From NCBI GenBank assembly GCA_027468165.1, contig GCA_027468165.1_3951.1: a stretch of DNA of 64,000 nt; one strand, written 5' to 3'. The translations under genes were made by a program, and so were the position numbers. The notes beneath the pieces are model-generated. The model had not been told where the DNA came from. It did no database searches and saw nothing but the letters and a program-made list of their open reading frames with translations. Shown here piece after piece: positions 16,028-23,621 of this stretch; positions within the stretch are counted from its first letter, which is position 1; each line of letters opens with the position of its first letter. This DNA comes from a phage.

Positions 16028-16110
16028 ATGGGACGATGTTAAGACTCTAAGGCATGAGCAACGGCTTCCAACACCGTTTCAAAGGGGTTCAACTCCTCCG
16101 TCCCATGCCA
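16028..16110 (+). tRNA. Atypical tRNA-like gene, possibly tRNA-Trp (anticodon CCA) with enlarged D-region
   Basis: Perfect acceptor ATGGGAC/GTCCCAT, anticodon stem-loop ACGGC-TTCCAAC-ACCGT, T-loop TTCAACT, CCA encoded; D-region ~7 nt too long. Confidence 0.4.
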
Positions 16111-16122
16111 AGTCTTATTAGG

Positions 16123-16210
16123 GGTAGGTAGCGGCTAATGGTAGCCAAACTGTCTTGAAAACAGTTGCCACTGTAGAGATACGGTGAGGGTTCGACTCCT
16201 TTACTTACCG
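16123..16210 (+). tRNA. tRNA-Ser (anticodon UGA), long variable arm
   Basis: Anticodon stem-loop ACTGT-CTTGAAA-ACAGT, ~20-nt variable arm, T-loop TTCGACT. Confidence 0.6.
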
Positions 16211-16465
16211 CCTAATAAGATTTAAAGCCAAGCTTCATTCGGATGTTGCTTTGGTATCCCTCGTGTATTGTCGTACACAAGTAAAGCACCTAGTAGGTGT
16301 CACGGAGAAGAGATAATATCAAGCTCTCCAAAGGTTCTAGTCACCGGATTAAACAAGACTATGCAAAGGCCTATTTAGGTCTTTTTAGAGGGCTTCTAAG
16401 GTTATTACAGCTTGTTGTGGAACCTTGTTGCTTAGGTTCTTAGAAGTTCTCTAAAAAGATTTAAT

Positions 16466-16543
16466 GGGAGATTGACGGTAATTGGTAAACCTATCTCGCT
16501 TAGAACGAGATGTTTGAGGGTTCGAATCCCTTGTCTCCTACCA
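16466..16543 (+). tRNA. tRNA with anticodon UAG (Leu), short variable region
   Basis: Acceptor GGGAGAT/GTCTCCT, anticodon stem-loop TCTCG-CTTAGAA-CGAGA, 5-nt variable region, T-arm GAGGG-TTCGAAT-CCCTT, A73, CCA encoded. Confidence 0.6.
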
Positions 16544-16550
16544 AATTAAT

Positions 16551-16626
16551 GCAGGTGTAGCAAAATGGTTATGCGGCTGACTCTTAATCAGTAAGACGAT
16601 GGGTTCAATTCCCTCCACCTGTACCA
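16551..16626 (+). tRNA. tRNA-Lys (anticodon CUU)
   Basis: Acceptor GCAGGTG/CACCTGT, anticodon stem-loop GCTGA-CTCTTAA-TCAGT, T-loop TTCAATT, CCA encoded. Confidence 0.65.
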
Positions 16627-16632
16627 GACATT

Positions 16633-16708
16633 GGGGATGTAGTTTACATGGTTAAAACATAAGTTTTGCAAACTTAAGTACAGGGTTCAATTCCCTGCTT
16701 CTCCACCA
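16633..16708 (+). tRNA. tRNA-Ala (anticodon UGC)
   Basis: G3:U70 wobble pair in acceptor stem, D-stem GTTT/AAAC, anticodon stem-loop TAAGT-TTTGCAA-ACTTA, T-arm CAGGG-TTCAATT-CCCTG, CCA encoded. Confidence 0.75.
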
Positions 16709-16714
16709 ATTAGT

Positions 16715-16789
16715 GCATCCATAGTTTAAACGGGAAAATTACAGTCTTCCAAACTGAGGTTGAGGGTTCGATTCCCTCTGGATGCTCCA
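16715..16789 (+). tRNA. tRNA-Gly (anticodon UCC)
   Basis: Acceptor GCATCCA/TGGATGC, anticodon loop CTTCCAA, T-arm GAGGG-TTCGATT-CCCTC, CCA encoded. Confidence 0.7.
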
Positions 16790-16796
16790 AATTAAT

Positions 16797-16873
16797 GCTG
16801 CTTTCGTATAATTGGCTATTACACATCCCTTGTAAGGATGGAAATGCAGGTTCGAGTCCTGTGAGCAGCACCA
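16797..16873 (+). tRNA. tRNA-Thr (anticodon UGU)
   Basis: Acceptor GCTGCTT/GAGCAGC, anticodon stem-loop CATCC-CTTGTAA-GGATG, T-arm GCAGG-TTCGAGT-CCTGT, CCA encoded. Confidence 0.75.
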
Positions 16874-16968
16874 ATTCAGAGGTCAAGTGAAAGACCGCTG
16901 GTGTCAACTGAAGACCGTAACAAATTCCACGGAGTTGAGTTAGCGGCACAACTTCAGACCTCTTTCAT

Positions 16969-17043
16969 ACTCGCTTAGTTTATATGGTAAAACACCACCC
17001 TTACAAGATGAAGAAAAAGGTTCAAGTCCTTTAGTGAGTACCA
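16969..17043 (+). tRNA. tRNA-Val (anticodon UAC)
   Basis: Acceptor ACTCGCT/AGTGAGT, D-stem GTTT/AAAC, anticodon loop CTTACAA, T-arm AAAGG-TTCAAGT-CCTTT, CCA encoded; anticodon stem weak. Confidence 0.6.
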
Positions 17044-17044
17044 T

Positions 17045-17122
17045 GTTCCAGTATCCCAATTGGTAGAGGATGCAAGCTCAAACCTTGTACTAGTGACGGT
17101 TCGAATCCGTCTTGGAACACCA
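17045..17122 (+). tRNA. tRNA with anticodon CAA (Leu), short variable region
   Basis: Acceptor GTTCCAG/TTGGAAC, anticodon stem-loop GCAAG-CTCAAAC-CTTGT, 6-nt variable region, T-arm GACGG-TTCGAAT-CCGTC, A73, CCA encoded. Confidence 0.6.
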
Positions 17123-17236
17123 ACTTTAGGAGAGCACTGTGAGTGATAAGTCAATAGCAAAAAAGTTTAGAGCGTCATACCTAAACAGACGTAAAAACAG
17201 AGATTGTGAAAAACTGTATGGTGTTCTTGTAGGTAA

Positions 17237-17312
17237 GCAGGATTAGTTCAAATGGATAGAGCAACAGTCTACGAAGCTGTTAATAGGGGTTCGAATCCCT
17301 TATCCTGCGCCA
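17237..17312 (+). tRNA. tRNA-Arg (anticodon ACG)
   Basis: Perfect acceptor GCAGGAT/ATCCTGC, anticodon stem-loop ACAGT-CTACGAA-GCTGT, T-loop TTCGAAT, CCA encoded. Confidence 0.75.
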
Positions 17313-17331
17313 ATTTAAAGAGGCTATTTAG

Positions 17332-17889
17332 ATGAGATATTTGAAGTATGCTTCATGGATTTTCTTAGCTTTGTTAGAGCCATTTGCAGCAATCTTAGCA
17401 GTTATCTTAGCACCTTTCGTAGTTCCATTTTACAGTGAGAAGAAAGGACACTTACCTTTCGGCTTCAGATGGATGGAAACATACGACAACCCAATTGATG
17501 GTGATAAAGGTCATGTCGAACGGTGGGCTAAGATTAGAAAGATTGGTAAGCTCGGTGTCTACATGCAGAGAGTTGGATGGCTCTGGAGAAACAAAGCTTA
17601 TAACTTCTCTTACCATGTGTTAGGAAGAGATGTAAAAGATGTTACTAAGTGGAAAGGTAATATCAATGTAAGTTCTAACCCTGAAGATAATCAGACAGGT
17701 TATCTCCTAATGTGGAACAGTAATGCTTGGGGGTTATTCGCTTTTATCCCATCAATTAAAGTCTTTGGTAAACAATTCTACTGGAGAATTTATGTTGGGT
17801 GGAAACTTAAAAGTGTTGTCCCAGAAGAAAGAGCATTCTCAAGGGAAAGAGTTATGTTGGCATTCTTTATTCATCCACTGAGAAAGTAA
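17332..17889 (+). CDS. Membrane protein with hydrophobic N-terminus (185 aa) embedded in the tRNA array
   Basis: ORF track; N-terminal segment WIFLALLEPFAAILAVILAPFVVPF; ATG 20 nt after tRNA-Arg. Confidence 0.5.
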   Translation: MRYLKYASWIFLALLEPFAAILAVILAPFVVPFYSEKKGHLPFGFRWMETYDNPIDGDKGHVERWAKIRKIGKLGVYMQRVGWLWRNKAYNFSYHVLGRDVKDVTKWKGNINVSSNPEDNQTGYLLMWNSNAWGLFAFIPSIKVFGKQFYWRIYVGWKLKSVVPEERAFSRERVMLAFFIHPLRK

Positions 17890-17897
17890 AGATTTAA

Positions 17898-17973
17898 AGG
17901 GGATTAGTTTACAAGGTTAAAACCTCGGTCTTTGAAATCGAAGAAGTTGGTTCAATTCCAACATCCCCCGCCA
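17898..17973 (+). tRNA. tRNA-Gln (anticodon UUG)
   Basis: D-stem GTTT/AAAC, anticodon stem-loop TCGGT-CTTTGAA-ATCGA, T-arm GTTGG-TTCAATT-CCAAC, CCA encoded; position 1:72 unpaired. Confidence 0.65.
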
Positions 17974-17975
17974 AT

Positions 17976-18054
17976 GCTCCATTACTCCAATTGGCAGAGA
18001 GGCCAGACTTAAAATCTGTGTTATGTATCGGTTCGAATCCGATATGGAGTACCA
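17976..18054 (+). tRNA. tRNA with anticodon UAA (Leu), short variable region
   Basis: Acceptor GCTCCAT/ATGGAGT, anticodon loop CTTAAAA, 7-nt variable region, T-arm ATCGG-TTCGAAT-CCGAT, A73, CCA encoded. Confidence 0.6.
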
Positions 18055-18059
18055 AATTT

Positions 18060-18135
18060 AGCGGTATAGCATAACTGGCAATGCAACAGTCTCTGAAGCT
18101 GTCTTATTAAGGTTCAAATCCTTATGCCGCTGCCA
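18060..18135 (+). tRNA. tRNA-Gln (anticodon CUG)
   Basis: Acceptor AGCGGTA/TGCCGCT, D-stem GCAT/ATGC, anticodon stem-loop ACAGT-CTCTGAA-GCTGT, T-arm TAAGG-TTCAAAT-CCTTA, CCA encoded. Confidence 0.7.
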
Positions 18136-18166
18136 CTTCTAAGGGTTCTTACGAGAGTCCTTAAAT

Positions 18167-18242
18167 GTGGCCTTATCATAAATGGTAATGACCCATGCTG
18201 TGAACATGGTCTATACGGGTTCAAATCCCGTAGGTCACCCCA
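18167..18242 (+). tRNA. tRNA-His (anticodon GUG)
   Basis: Acceptor GTGGCCT/AGGTCAC, D-stem TCAT/ATGA, anticodon stem-loop CCATG-CTGTGAA-CATGG, T-arm ACGGG-TTCAAAT-CCCGT, C73, CCA encoded. Confidence 0.75.
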
Positions 18243-18247
18243 ATTTA

Positions 18248-18324
18248 TAGTCCAAGTAGCTTATATGGTTAAAGCGCGTGTCTGAAAAACATGAGAAGAG
18301 GGTTCAAATCCCACTGGACTACCA
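18248..18324 (+). tRNA. tRNA-Phe (anticodon GAA); ends uncertain
   Basis: D-stem GCTT/AAGC, anticodon stem-loop CGTGT-CTGAAAA-ACATG, T-loop TTCAAAT; acceptor pairing admits two registers. Confidence 0.55.
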
Positions 18325-18340
18325 ATTTCAAAGGTGCTTA

Positions 18341-19075
18341 ATGAAAGAGATGACAGAACAAGGTAAGGAGATTTTTAATCTCTTAAAAACTGGTAGAGGG
18401 TTTTCTAATCCCCTTATTACTGGTGCAGCAGTTCTCGGTGGAACCGTAGCTGCCTCTACATCACTTGTAAGCTCTATTAGCTCTGTAACAGACCCTACAA
18501 TAAAGGATAAACTTGTTGCGGCTGGACTTACAACAGTTCTGCTTAACAGCTTTACAACGAGTCTGACAAGCACTACATCAACCACTAAGACACTGACAGA
18601 TTACGGTCAAAAGTCCATTGATGAGTTTTCATCACGTATGCAGGTAGCAAAAGGATATTCCAATGTTATGGGTGCAGCAGGAGAACAAGTCGGTTGTACA
18701 CCATTTAGTGGTATTATGGGTGTTGCTACAGAGTACGGTCAAAAAGCTATTGACACAATTAACAGTACACTAGATGGTGTTAATGATGTATTAAGTGACT
18801 TACAAGATGCTATTGATAAAGGTCTTGATACTGTTTCTGATTTAGCTAATCAGGCTGTTAGTAAGATTAATGAAGGTATTTCGAAGATTACAGCTTATGC
18901 AAATGAAGTTGTGCAGATGATTGAAGAAGAAGCTGCCCTTATTGCAGAGTACCTTAAAACGAATATCAATGGGTTCTTAGCAGGTATCTTACCAGACTGG
19001 TTTGATGATGCTTGTAAAACTGGTGTGATTGACACTATTGCAACACCAGAAATGAAGAGCGCATTACAGAAATAA
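18341..19075 (+). CDS. Hypothetical Ser/Thr-rich protein (245 aa from the ATG at 18341)
   Basis: ORF-track frame trimmed to the first ATG downstream of tRNA-Phe (MKEMTEQ...). Confidence 0.5.
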   Translation: MKEMTEQGKEIFNLLKTGRGFSNPLITGAAVLGGTVAASTSLVSSISSVTDPTIKDKLVAAGLTTVLLNSFTTSLTSTTSTTKTLTDYGQKSIDEFSSRMQVAKGYSNVMGAAGEQVGCTPFSGIMGVATEYGQKAIDTINSTLDGVNDVLSDLQDAIDKGLDTVSDLANQAVSKINEGISKITAYANEVVQMIEEEAALIAEYLKTNINGFLAGILPDWFDDACKTGVIDTIATPEMKSALQK

Positions 19076-19076
19076 T

Positions 19077-19169
19077 GGAAGATTAACCCTAAAAGGTAAG
19101 GGAGCAGTTTGCTAAACTGCCAGTAGCTGAGAAATCGGTGTACCAGTTCAAGTCTGGTATCTTCCTCCA
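19077..19169 (+). tRNA. tRNA-Ser (anticodon GCU), long variable arm
   Basis: Acceptor GGAAGAT/ATCTTCC, anticodon stem-loop GCAGT-TTGCTAA-ACTGC, ~21-nt variable arm, T-arm ACCAG-TTCAAGT-CTGGT, CCA encoded. Confidence 0.6.
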
Positions 19170-19173
19170 ATTT

Positions 19174-19249
19174 GAATCCGTGACAGAAATGGCTATGTGC
19201 CTGTCTGCAAAACAGGTTTATAAGGGTTCGAGTCCCTTCGGATTCTCCA
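19174..19249 (+). tRNA. tRNA-Cys (anticodon GCA)
   Basis: Perfect acceptor GAATCCG/CGGATTC, anticodon stem-loop CCTGT-CTGCAAA-ACAGG, T-arm AAGGG-TTCGAGT-CCCTT, U73, CCA encoded. Confidence 0.7.
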
Positions 19250-19286
19250 AATTATTTTACTCTCTCTCAATTAAAATAATAATAAT

Positions 19287-19346
19287 GCCCTGCTATAAGT
19301 ATTCTTCCTTTCGCTACCGAAGAGTATTTTTAGACAGGGCTTTTTT
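19287..19346 (+). terminator. Terminator-like structure (GCCCTG ... CAGGGC followed by TTTTTT)
   Basis: Closing GC stem plus T6 after the tRNA array. Confidence 0.5.
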
Positions 19347-19411
19347 ACAGAGTTATACTTTATAAGAAGCCTTATACAGTATGTCTCTGACGTACATTGT
19401 GGTTTCTCCTT

Positions 19412-19436
19412 GACGGTCTCTGTACCGTCTTTTTTA
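19412..19436 (+). terminator. Intrinsic terminator (GACGGT-CTCTGT-ACCGTC followed by TTTTTT)
   Basis: Perfect 6-bp stem plus T-run. Confidence 0.7.
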
Positions 19437-19471
19437 AGGGGAAACATAATTAATTATTTGGAGAAAACATA

Positions 19472-19672
19472 ATGAGTGAGAACGTTTATAAAGAACTTTA
19501 TGAAGCCAATAAAAAGCTGGAATTTATGCAGACTACTATTATGGCAATTGCAGACAGATTGTCTGTAGCAACAGGTATTGATATTAAAGAAGCATCTATG
19601 GATGCACTTCTTGATGCTGTTGATGCAAAGTTCGAAGTTAAGAAAGAAGAGACTGCTACAGACTCTGAATAA
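19472..19672 (+). CDS. Hypothetical small protein (66 aa) upstream of terminase
   Basis: ORF track; SD GGAG. Confidence 0.45.
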   Translation: MSENVYKELYEANKKLEFMQTTIMAIADRLSVATGIDIKEASMDALLDAVDAKFEVKKEETATDSE

Positions 19673-19693
19673 TTCTATTTGCGGAGGTGCTTA

Positions 19694-21295
19694 ATGGACT
19701 TAAATGCTGTTAAGCAGAAGCGAGTGGAAGATGTTAGGAAAGTCCTAGCTGGAGAGTTGGGGCTTTCTGATGAAGTAAAAGAAATTATCAAATCATTCGG
19801 TAAAGACCCCTCTAAATTCCTTCCAACTCAAATTCTGACTTTATTAAGATACACACCAGACCAAGTTAGACTTATCTTCAAATTGATGACTGATAAGAAC
19901 TATGTAGCCCCTCAGCCGGGTTCTCAAGAGGTGTTTTTAAATACTAATGCTGACTTGGTTTTATATGGTGGTGCTGCTGGTGCTGGTAAAACTGCTGCAT
20001 TGTTAATGGACTCTTTAAGGTTTATTGAAGACCCTAACTATAATGCTGTATATTTCCGTCGAAATACAACACAGTTACAAGGTGGTTTATGGCCTGCTGC
20101 AAAGAAACTATTTGGTAAGTTTGGTGGGGTTCCTCACGAGCAGAAGATGACTATCACATTCCCTTCTGGGGCAACTATCAAGTTCACCTACCTAGAACTT
20201 GAAAAGCACGCTGAAGGTCATCAGGGTATTGAATACTCGGCTATTTACTTTGACGAAGGTACACACTTCTCTGCTTCACAGATTTCATACCTACAGACTC
20301 GTCTACGTTCTGGGGCTGAAGGTGATTCATACATGAAGATTTCTATGAACCCAGACAGAGACCATTTTATTTATGATTGGGTAGAACCCTTCTTAGATGA
20401 AGAAGGTTACCCAGACCCTGAGAAGTGCGGTCGTATTCGTTGGTATGTTATGAATGATGGTGTGATGGTTTCTGATTGGGAGAGAGACAAGATTCTTGAA
20501 ATGTTCCCTCTTGAGATTCCTCAGACATACACCTTCATCTCTGGTACGATTGATGATAACCCAATTCTTGACTTCTTAGAGCCTAAATATCGTGGTAAGT
20601 TGGAAAACAACACACCTGTAAACGTTGCAAGACTTCGTTTCGGTAACTGGAAGGCTCGTGCAGAAGGTTCAAACTATTGGCAAAGACAATGGTGTGAGAT
20701 TGTTGATTCACTCCCAGAAGATGTATTTGATGTCAGAGCATGGGACTTAGCAGCGACTTTACCATCTGAGATTAACCCTAACCCAGACTGGACAGCGGGT
20801 GTTAAGATGGGTAAATCTAAAAAAGACGGTTGCTATTATATCATTGATGTAGTAAGATTTAGAGATAGACCCTCTGGAGTCGAAACACAAATTAATTTGA
20901 CTGCTGAAAGTGACGGTAAGCGAACTGGTATTTTTATCCCTCAAGACCCAGGCGCTGCTGGTAAATCCTATGCAACATCCCTCATCAGGAAACTTGCCGA
21001 GAAAGGTTATCGCGCAAGAGCTAAACCAACAAATAAAGATAAAGTTACCCGCTTTGCGGGATTTTCTGCTGCTTCTGAAGCTGGACTTGTAAAAGTCTTG
21101 AGAGGTAGTTGGAACGAAGCTTATTTCCAAGAACTTGAAGGTTTTTGTGGTGATGGCAAAACTAAAGATGACCAAGTGGATGCTACCAGTGATGCTTTCA
21201 ACAGTCTTAACGAAGTTAAATTATTCAAGCCACCATCAATGGGTGCTCATACAGACTTAGTGAGAGGAAACCCATATGAGGGGCTTAGACGTTGA
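19694..21295 (+). CDS. Terminase large subunit
   Basis: Walker A (VLYGGAAGAGKT), size, position upstream of portal; start trimmed to ATG 19694. Confidence 0.8.
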   Translation: MDLNAVKQKRVEDVRKVLAGELGLSDEVKEIIKSFGKDPSKFLPTQILTLLRYTPDQVRLIFKLMTDKNYVAPQPGSQEVFLNTNADLVLYGGAAGAGKTAALLMDSLRFIEDPNYNAVYFRRNTTQLQGGLWPAAKKLFGKFGGVPHEQKMTITFPSGATIKFTYLELEKHAEGHQGIEYSAIYFDEGTHFSASQISYLQTRLRSGAEGDSYMKISMNPDRDHFIYDWVEPFLDEEGYPDPEKCGRIRWYVMNDGVMVSDWERDKILEMFPLEIPQTYTFISGTIDDNPILDFLEPKYRGKLENNTPVNVARLRFGNWKARAEGSNYWQRQWCEIVDSLPEDVFDVRAWDLAATLPSEINPNPDWTAGVKMGKSKKDGCYYIIDVVRFRDRPSGVETQINLTAESDGKRTGIFIPQDPGAAGKSYATSLIRKLAEKGYRARAKPTNKDKVTRFAGFSAASEAGLVKVLRGSWNEAYFQELEGFCGDGKTKDDQVDATSDAFNSLNEVKLFKPPSMGAHTDLVRGNPYEGLRR

Positions 21296-21311
21296 TAGCT
21301 AGGTGAGAAGA

Positions 21312-22778
21312 ATGGCAGATATTACAGAAACACAAGAAAGCTTACCACCATTTAGAATTGGTGAAGTAGGTTCTTTGGGTCTGAAGGTTAAGAATGGTAG
21401 AATCTATGAAGAACCTCGTCAGGCACTAAGGTTCCCTGAAAGTATTAAAACTTTCCAATTAATGATGCGTGACCCTGCTGTAGCAGCATCTGTAAATATT
21501 ATTAAGATGTTTGTCAGAAAAGTCAACTGGAGATTCGTACCTCCAAAGGGAAAAGAGCAAGACCCTAAAATGCTTGAAAGAGCAGACTTCTTTAATTCTT
21601 TAATGGATGACATGGAGCATGATTGGGCAGATTTTATTAACTCTGTAATGTCATTCTGCACTTATGGGTTCTGTGTTAACGAAAAGGTTTATAAGAAACG
21701 TCAGGGTAAAAAAGGAAAGTACCAATCGAAATTTGACGATGGTCTAATTGGGTGGGCTAAATTACCAATCAGAAACCAGTCAACGCTTGATAAGTGGTAT
21801 TTTGACGAAGACTTTAGAAAAGTTACTGGTGTCAGACAAAATCTAAGAAATGTTTCACATATTGCTGGAGCAATTAATCTTGGAGAAAGACCACTAACAA
21901 GAAAACTCCCACGAGCTAAATTCATGCTGTTTAAGTATGATGATGAGTATGGTAACCCAGAAGGTCGTTCACCATTACTTAATGCTTATGTACCGTGGAA
22001 GTATAAAGTACAGATTGAAGAGTATGAAGCCGTTGGTGTTTCAAGAGACTTGGTAGGTATGCCAAAGATTGGTTTACCACCAGATTATCTGGATGAAAAT
22101 GCAGAACCTGAAAAGAAAGCTTTCGTACAATACTGCAAAACTGTTGTTAACGATATGATTGCTAACGACAGAGCAGGTTTAATCTGGCCTAGATATATCG
22201 ACCCAGATACTAAAGAGGATATTTTTGAGTTCTCATTAGTTTCTAGACAGGGTGCTAAAGCATATGACACAGGCTCTATCATTGACAGATATTCCAAGCA
22301 GATTATGATGGCATTTATGTCAGATATTCTTGCTATGGGTCAGTCAAAATATGGTTCATTCTCTCTTGCAGATTCTAAGACAAGCCTATTGGCTATGTCA
22401 GTAGATATTCTGCTGAAGCAAATTAAGAACGTAATCAACCGTGACTTAGTTGCACAGACTTATGCTCTTAATATGTGGGATGATGAAGAACATGTGCAAA
22501 TCACATATGATGATATCGAAACTCCAGACCTTGAAGTAATTGGTTCTTACATTCAGAAGACTGTTGCAGTAGGTGCTTTGGAAGTTGACAAAGAGCTATC
22601 TAACAAACTTAGAGAGCATATTGGTCTTCCTCCTGCTGATGAGTCTCAGCCAGTATCTGAAAAGCTTTCTCCAAATAGCCAAAGCCGTTCAGGAGATGGT
22701 TATAAGACCGCTGGAGAAGGTACTGCAAAGACACCTTCAGCGAAAGACCCAAGCACAGCAAATAAGGCAAATAAATAA
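21312..22778 (+). CDS. Portal protein (putative)
   Basis: ~490 aa ORF directly after terminase; start trimmed to ATG 21312. Confidence 0.6.
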   Translation: MADITETQESLPPFRIGEVGSLGLKVKNGRIYEEPRQALRFPESIKTFQLMMRDPAVAASVNIIKMFVRKVNWRFVPPKGKEQDPKMLERADFFNSLMDDMEHDWADFINSVMSFCTYGFCVNEKVYKKRQGKKGKYQSKFDDGLIGWAKLPIRNQSTLDKWYFDEDFRKVTGVRQNLRNVSHIAGAINLGERPLTRKLPRAKFMLFKYDDEYGNPEGRSPLLNAYVPWKYKVQIEEYEAVGVSRDLVGMPKIGLPPDYLDENAEPEKKAFVQYCKTVVNDMIANDRAGLIWPRYIDPDTKEDIFEFSLVSRQGAKAYDTGSIIDRYSKQIMMAFMSDILAMGQSKYGSFSLADSKTSLLAMSVDILLKQIKNVINRDLVAQTYALNMWDDEEHVQITYDDIETPDLEVIGSYIQKTVAVGALEVDKELSNKLREHIGLPPADESQPVSEKLSPNSQSRSGDGYKTAGEGTAKTPSAKDPSTANKANK

Positions 22779-23278
22779 TGGCTGAAGTTATCTCTATTTC
22801 AAATGCTACACGAGTGCATTCGTATAGAGGTGTCCTTATCATCACTGATAAGCTATCTGTAGAGGCTGGCTCAAGGGTCAGCCTTTCAGGTTATGTTAGT
22901 GATGGTGGAGCCTCTGACGTTTTCACTATTTGCAGGTTACTTGATGCACCAATGAGTGGAAAACCGTTTATTTCAGGAAATTGTAGTGAAATTGTTAAAA
23001 TTCCATTTGACAGTTCATGCCTTTTGGGTGTAAAGTTATATAACTGCGAGAATAAACGTATCAATGTTAATAGCATTGAAGCCGCTTTCATTACCCTCGA
23101 CACTGCATTTCAATCTCCAATGACAGTTAATAAAGAAACAAACAGACTTGAATACATTTTTTCACAAAATGATTACAAAGTACTTGTCAAAGGTAAAGTA
23201 TATGATATGATTGTAAATGTGGTAGATGAATCTGGTAACCATTCAACAGTCCTTAAACAAAAAGTAAGGTTTAATTAA
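22778..23278 (+). CDS. Hypothetical head-module protein (166 aa)
   Basis: ORF track; translationally coupled to portal. Confidence 0.5.
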   Translation: MAEVISISNATRVHSYRGVLIITDKLSVEAGSRVSLSGYVSDGGASDVFTICRLLDAPMSGKPFISGNCSEIVKIPFDSSCLLGVKLYNCENKRINVNSIEAAFITLDTAFQSPMTVNKETNRLEYIFSQNDYKVLVKGKVYDMIVNVVDESGNHSTVLKQKVRFN

Positions 23279-23610
23279 TGGGAACATTAACTATTGATGG
23301 TAAGAATAAAATCCTCGCCACGCTAACCCCAACGACTATTATTTTACACAATGTAGACCCAACGGCAGACCCTACAGCAAATAAGGTTACTCAGCCAGTG
23401 GCTATTTATTTTTCTGAACCGGATAATGGCTTAATTGCCTCAGAAGACACAGTTAATATTACTGTCCCAGCTTCTGCAACGGTCTCACACTATAGCTTGT
23501 GGGATGCTAACGATAAATGCGTGGCAACTGGTGCTCTTAGCAAACCTCAATTCTTTGCTGAAGAAGGTATCTATGTTATCTCTTCAGTCTCTGTAGATTT
23601 AAACAAATAG
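23278..23610 (+). CDS. Hypothetical head-module protein (110 aa)
   Basis: ORF track. Confidence 0.5.
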   Translation: MGTLTIDGKNKILATLTPTTIILHNVDPTADPTANKVTQPVAIYFSEPDNGLIASEDTVNITVPASATVSHYSLWDANDKCVATGALSKPQFFAEEGIYVISSVSVDLNK

Positions 23611-23621
23611 GGTGAGTAAAA

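Noticed and set aside
13905-19249. tRNA array as a prophage attachment site or integrated element boundary
   Set aside because: No integrase, recombinase or repeat-flanked tRNA 3' end; the tRNAs form a dense phage-type array amid phage genes.
13984-19365. ORF-track entries overlapping the tRNA array (13984-14235, 16710-16949, 16975-17160, 17435-17623, 18328-18585, 18895-19170, 19138-19365)
   Set aside because: They coincide with tightly packed tRNA genes or lie antisense/inside real ORFs, use non-ATG starts and lack ribosome-binding sites.
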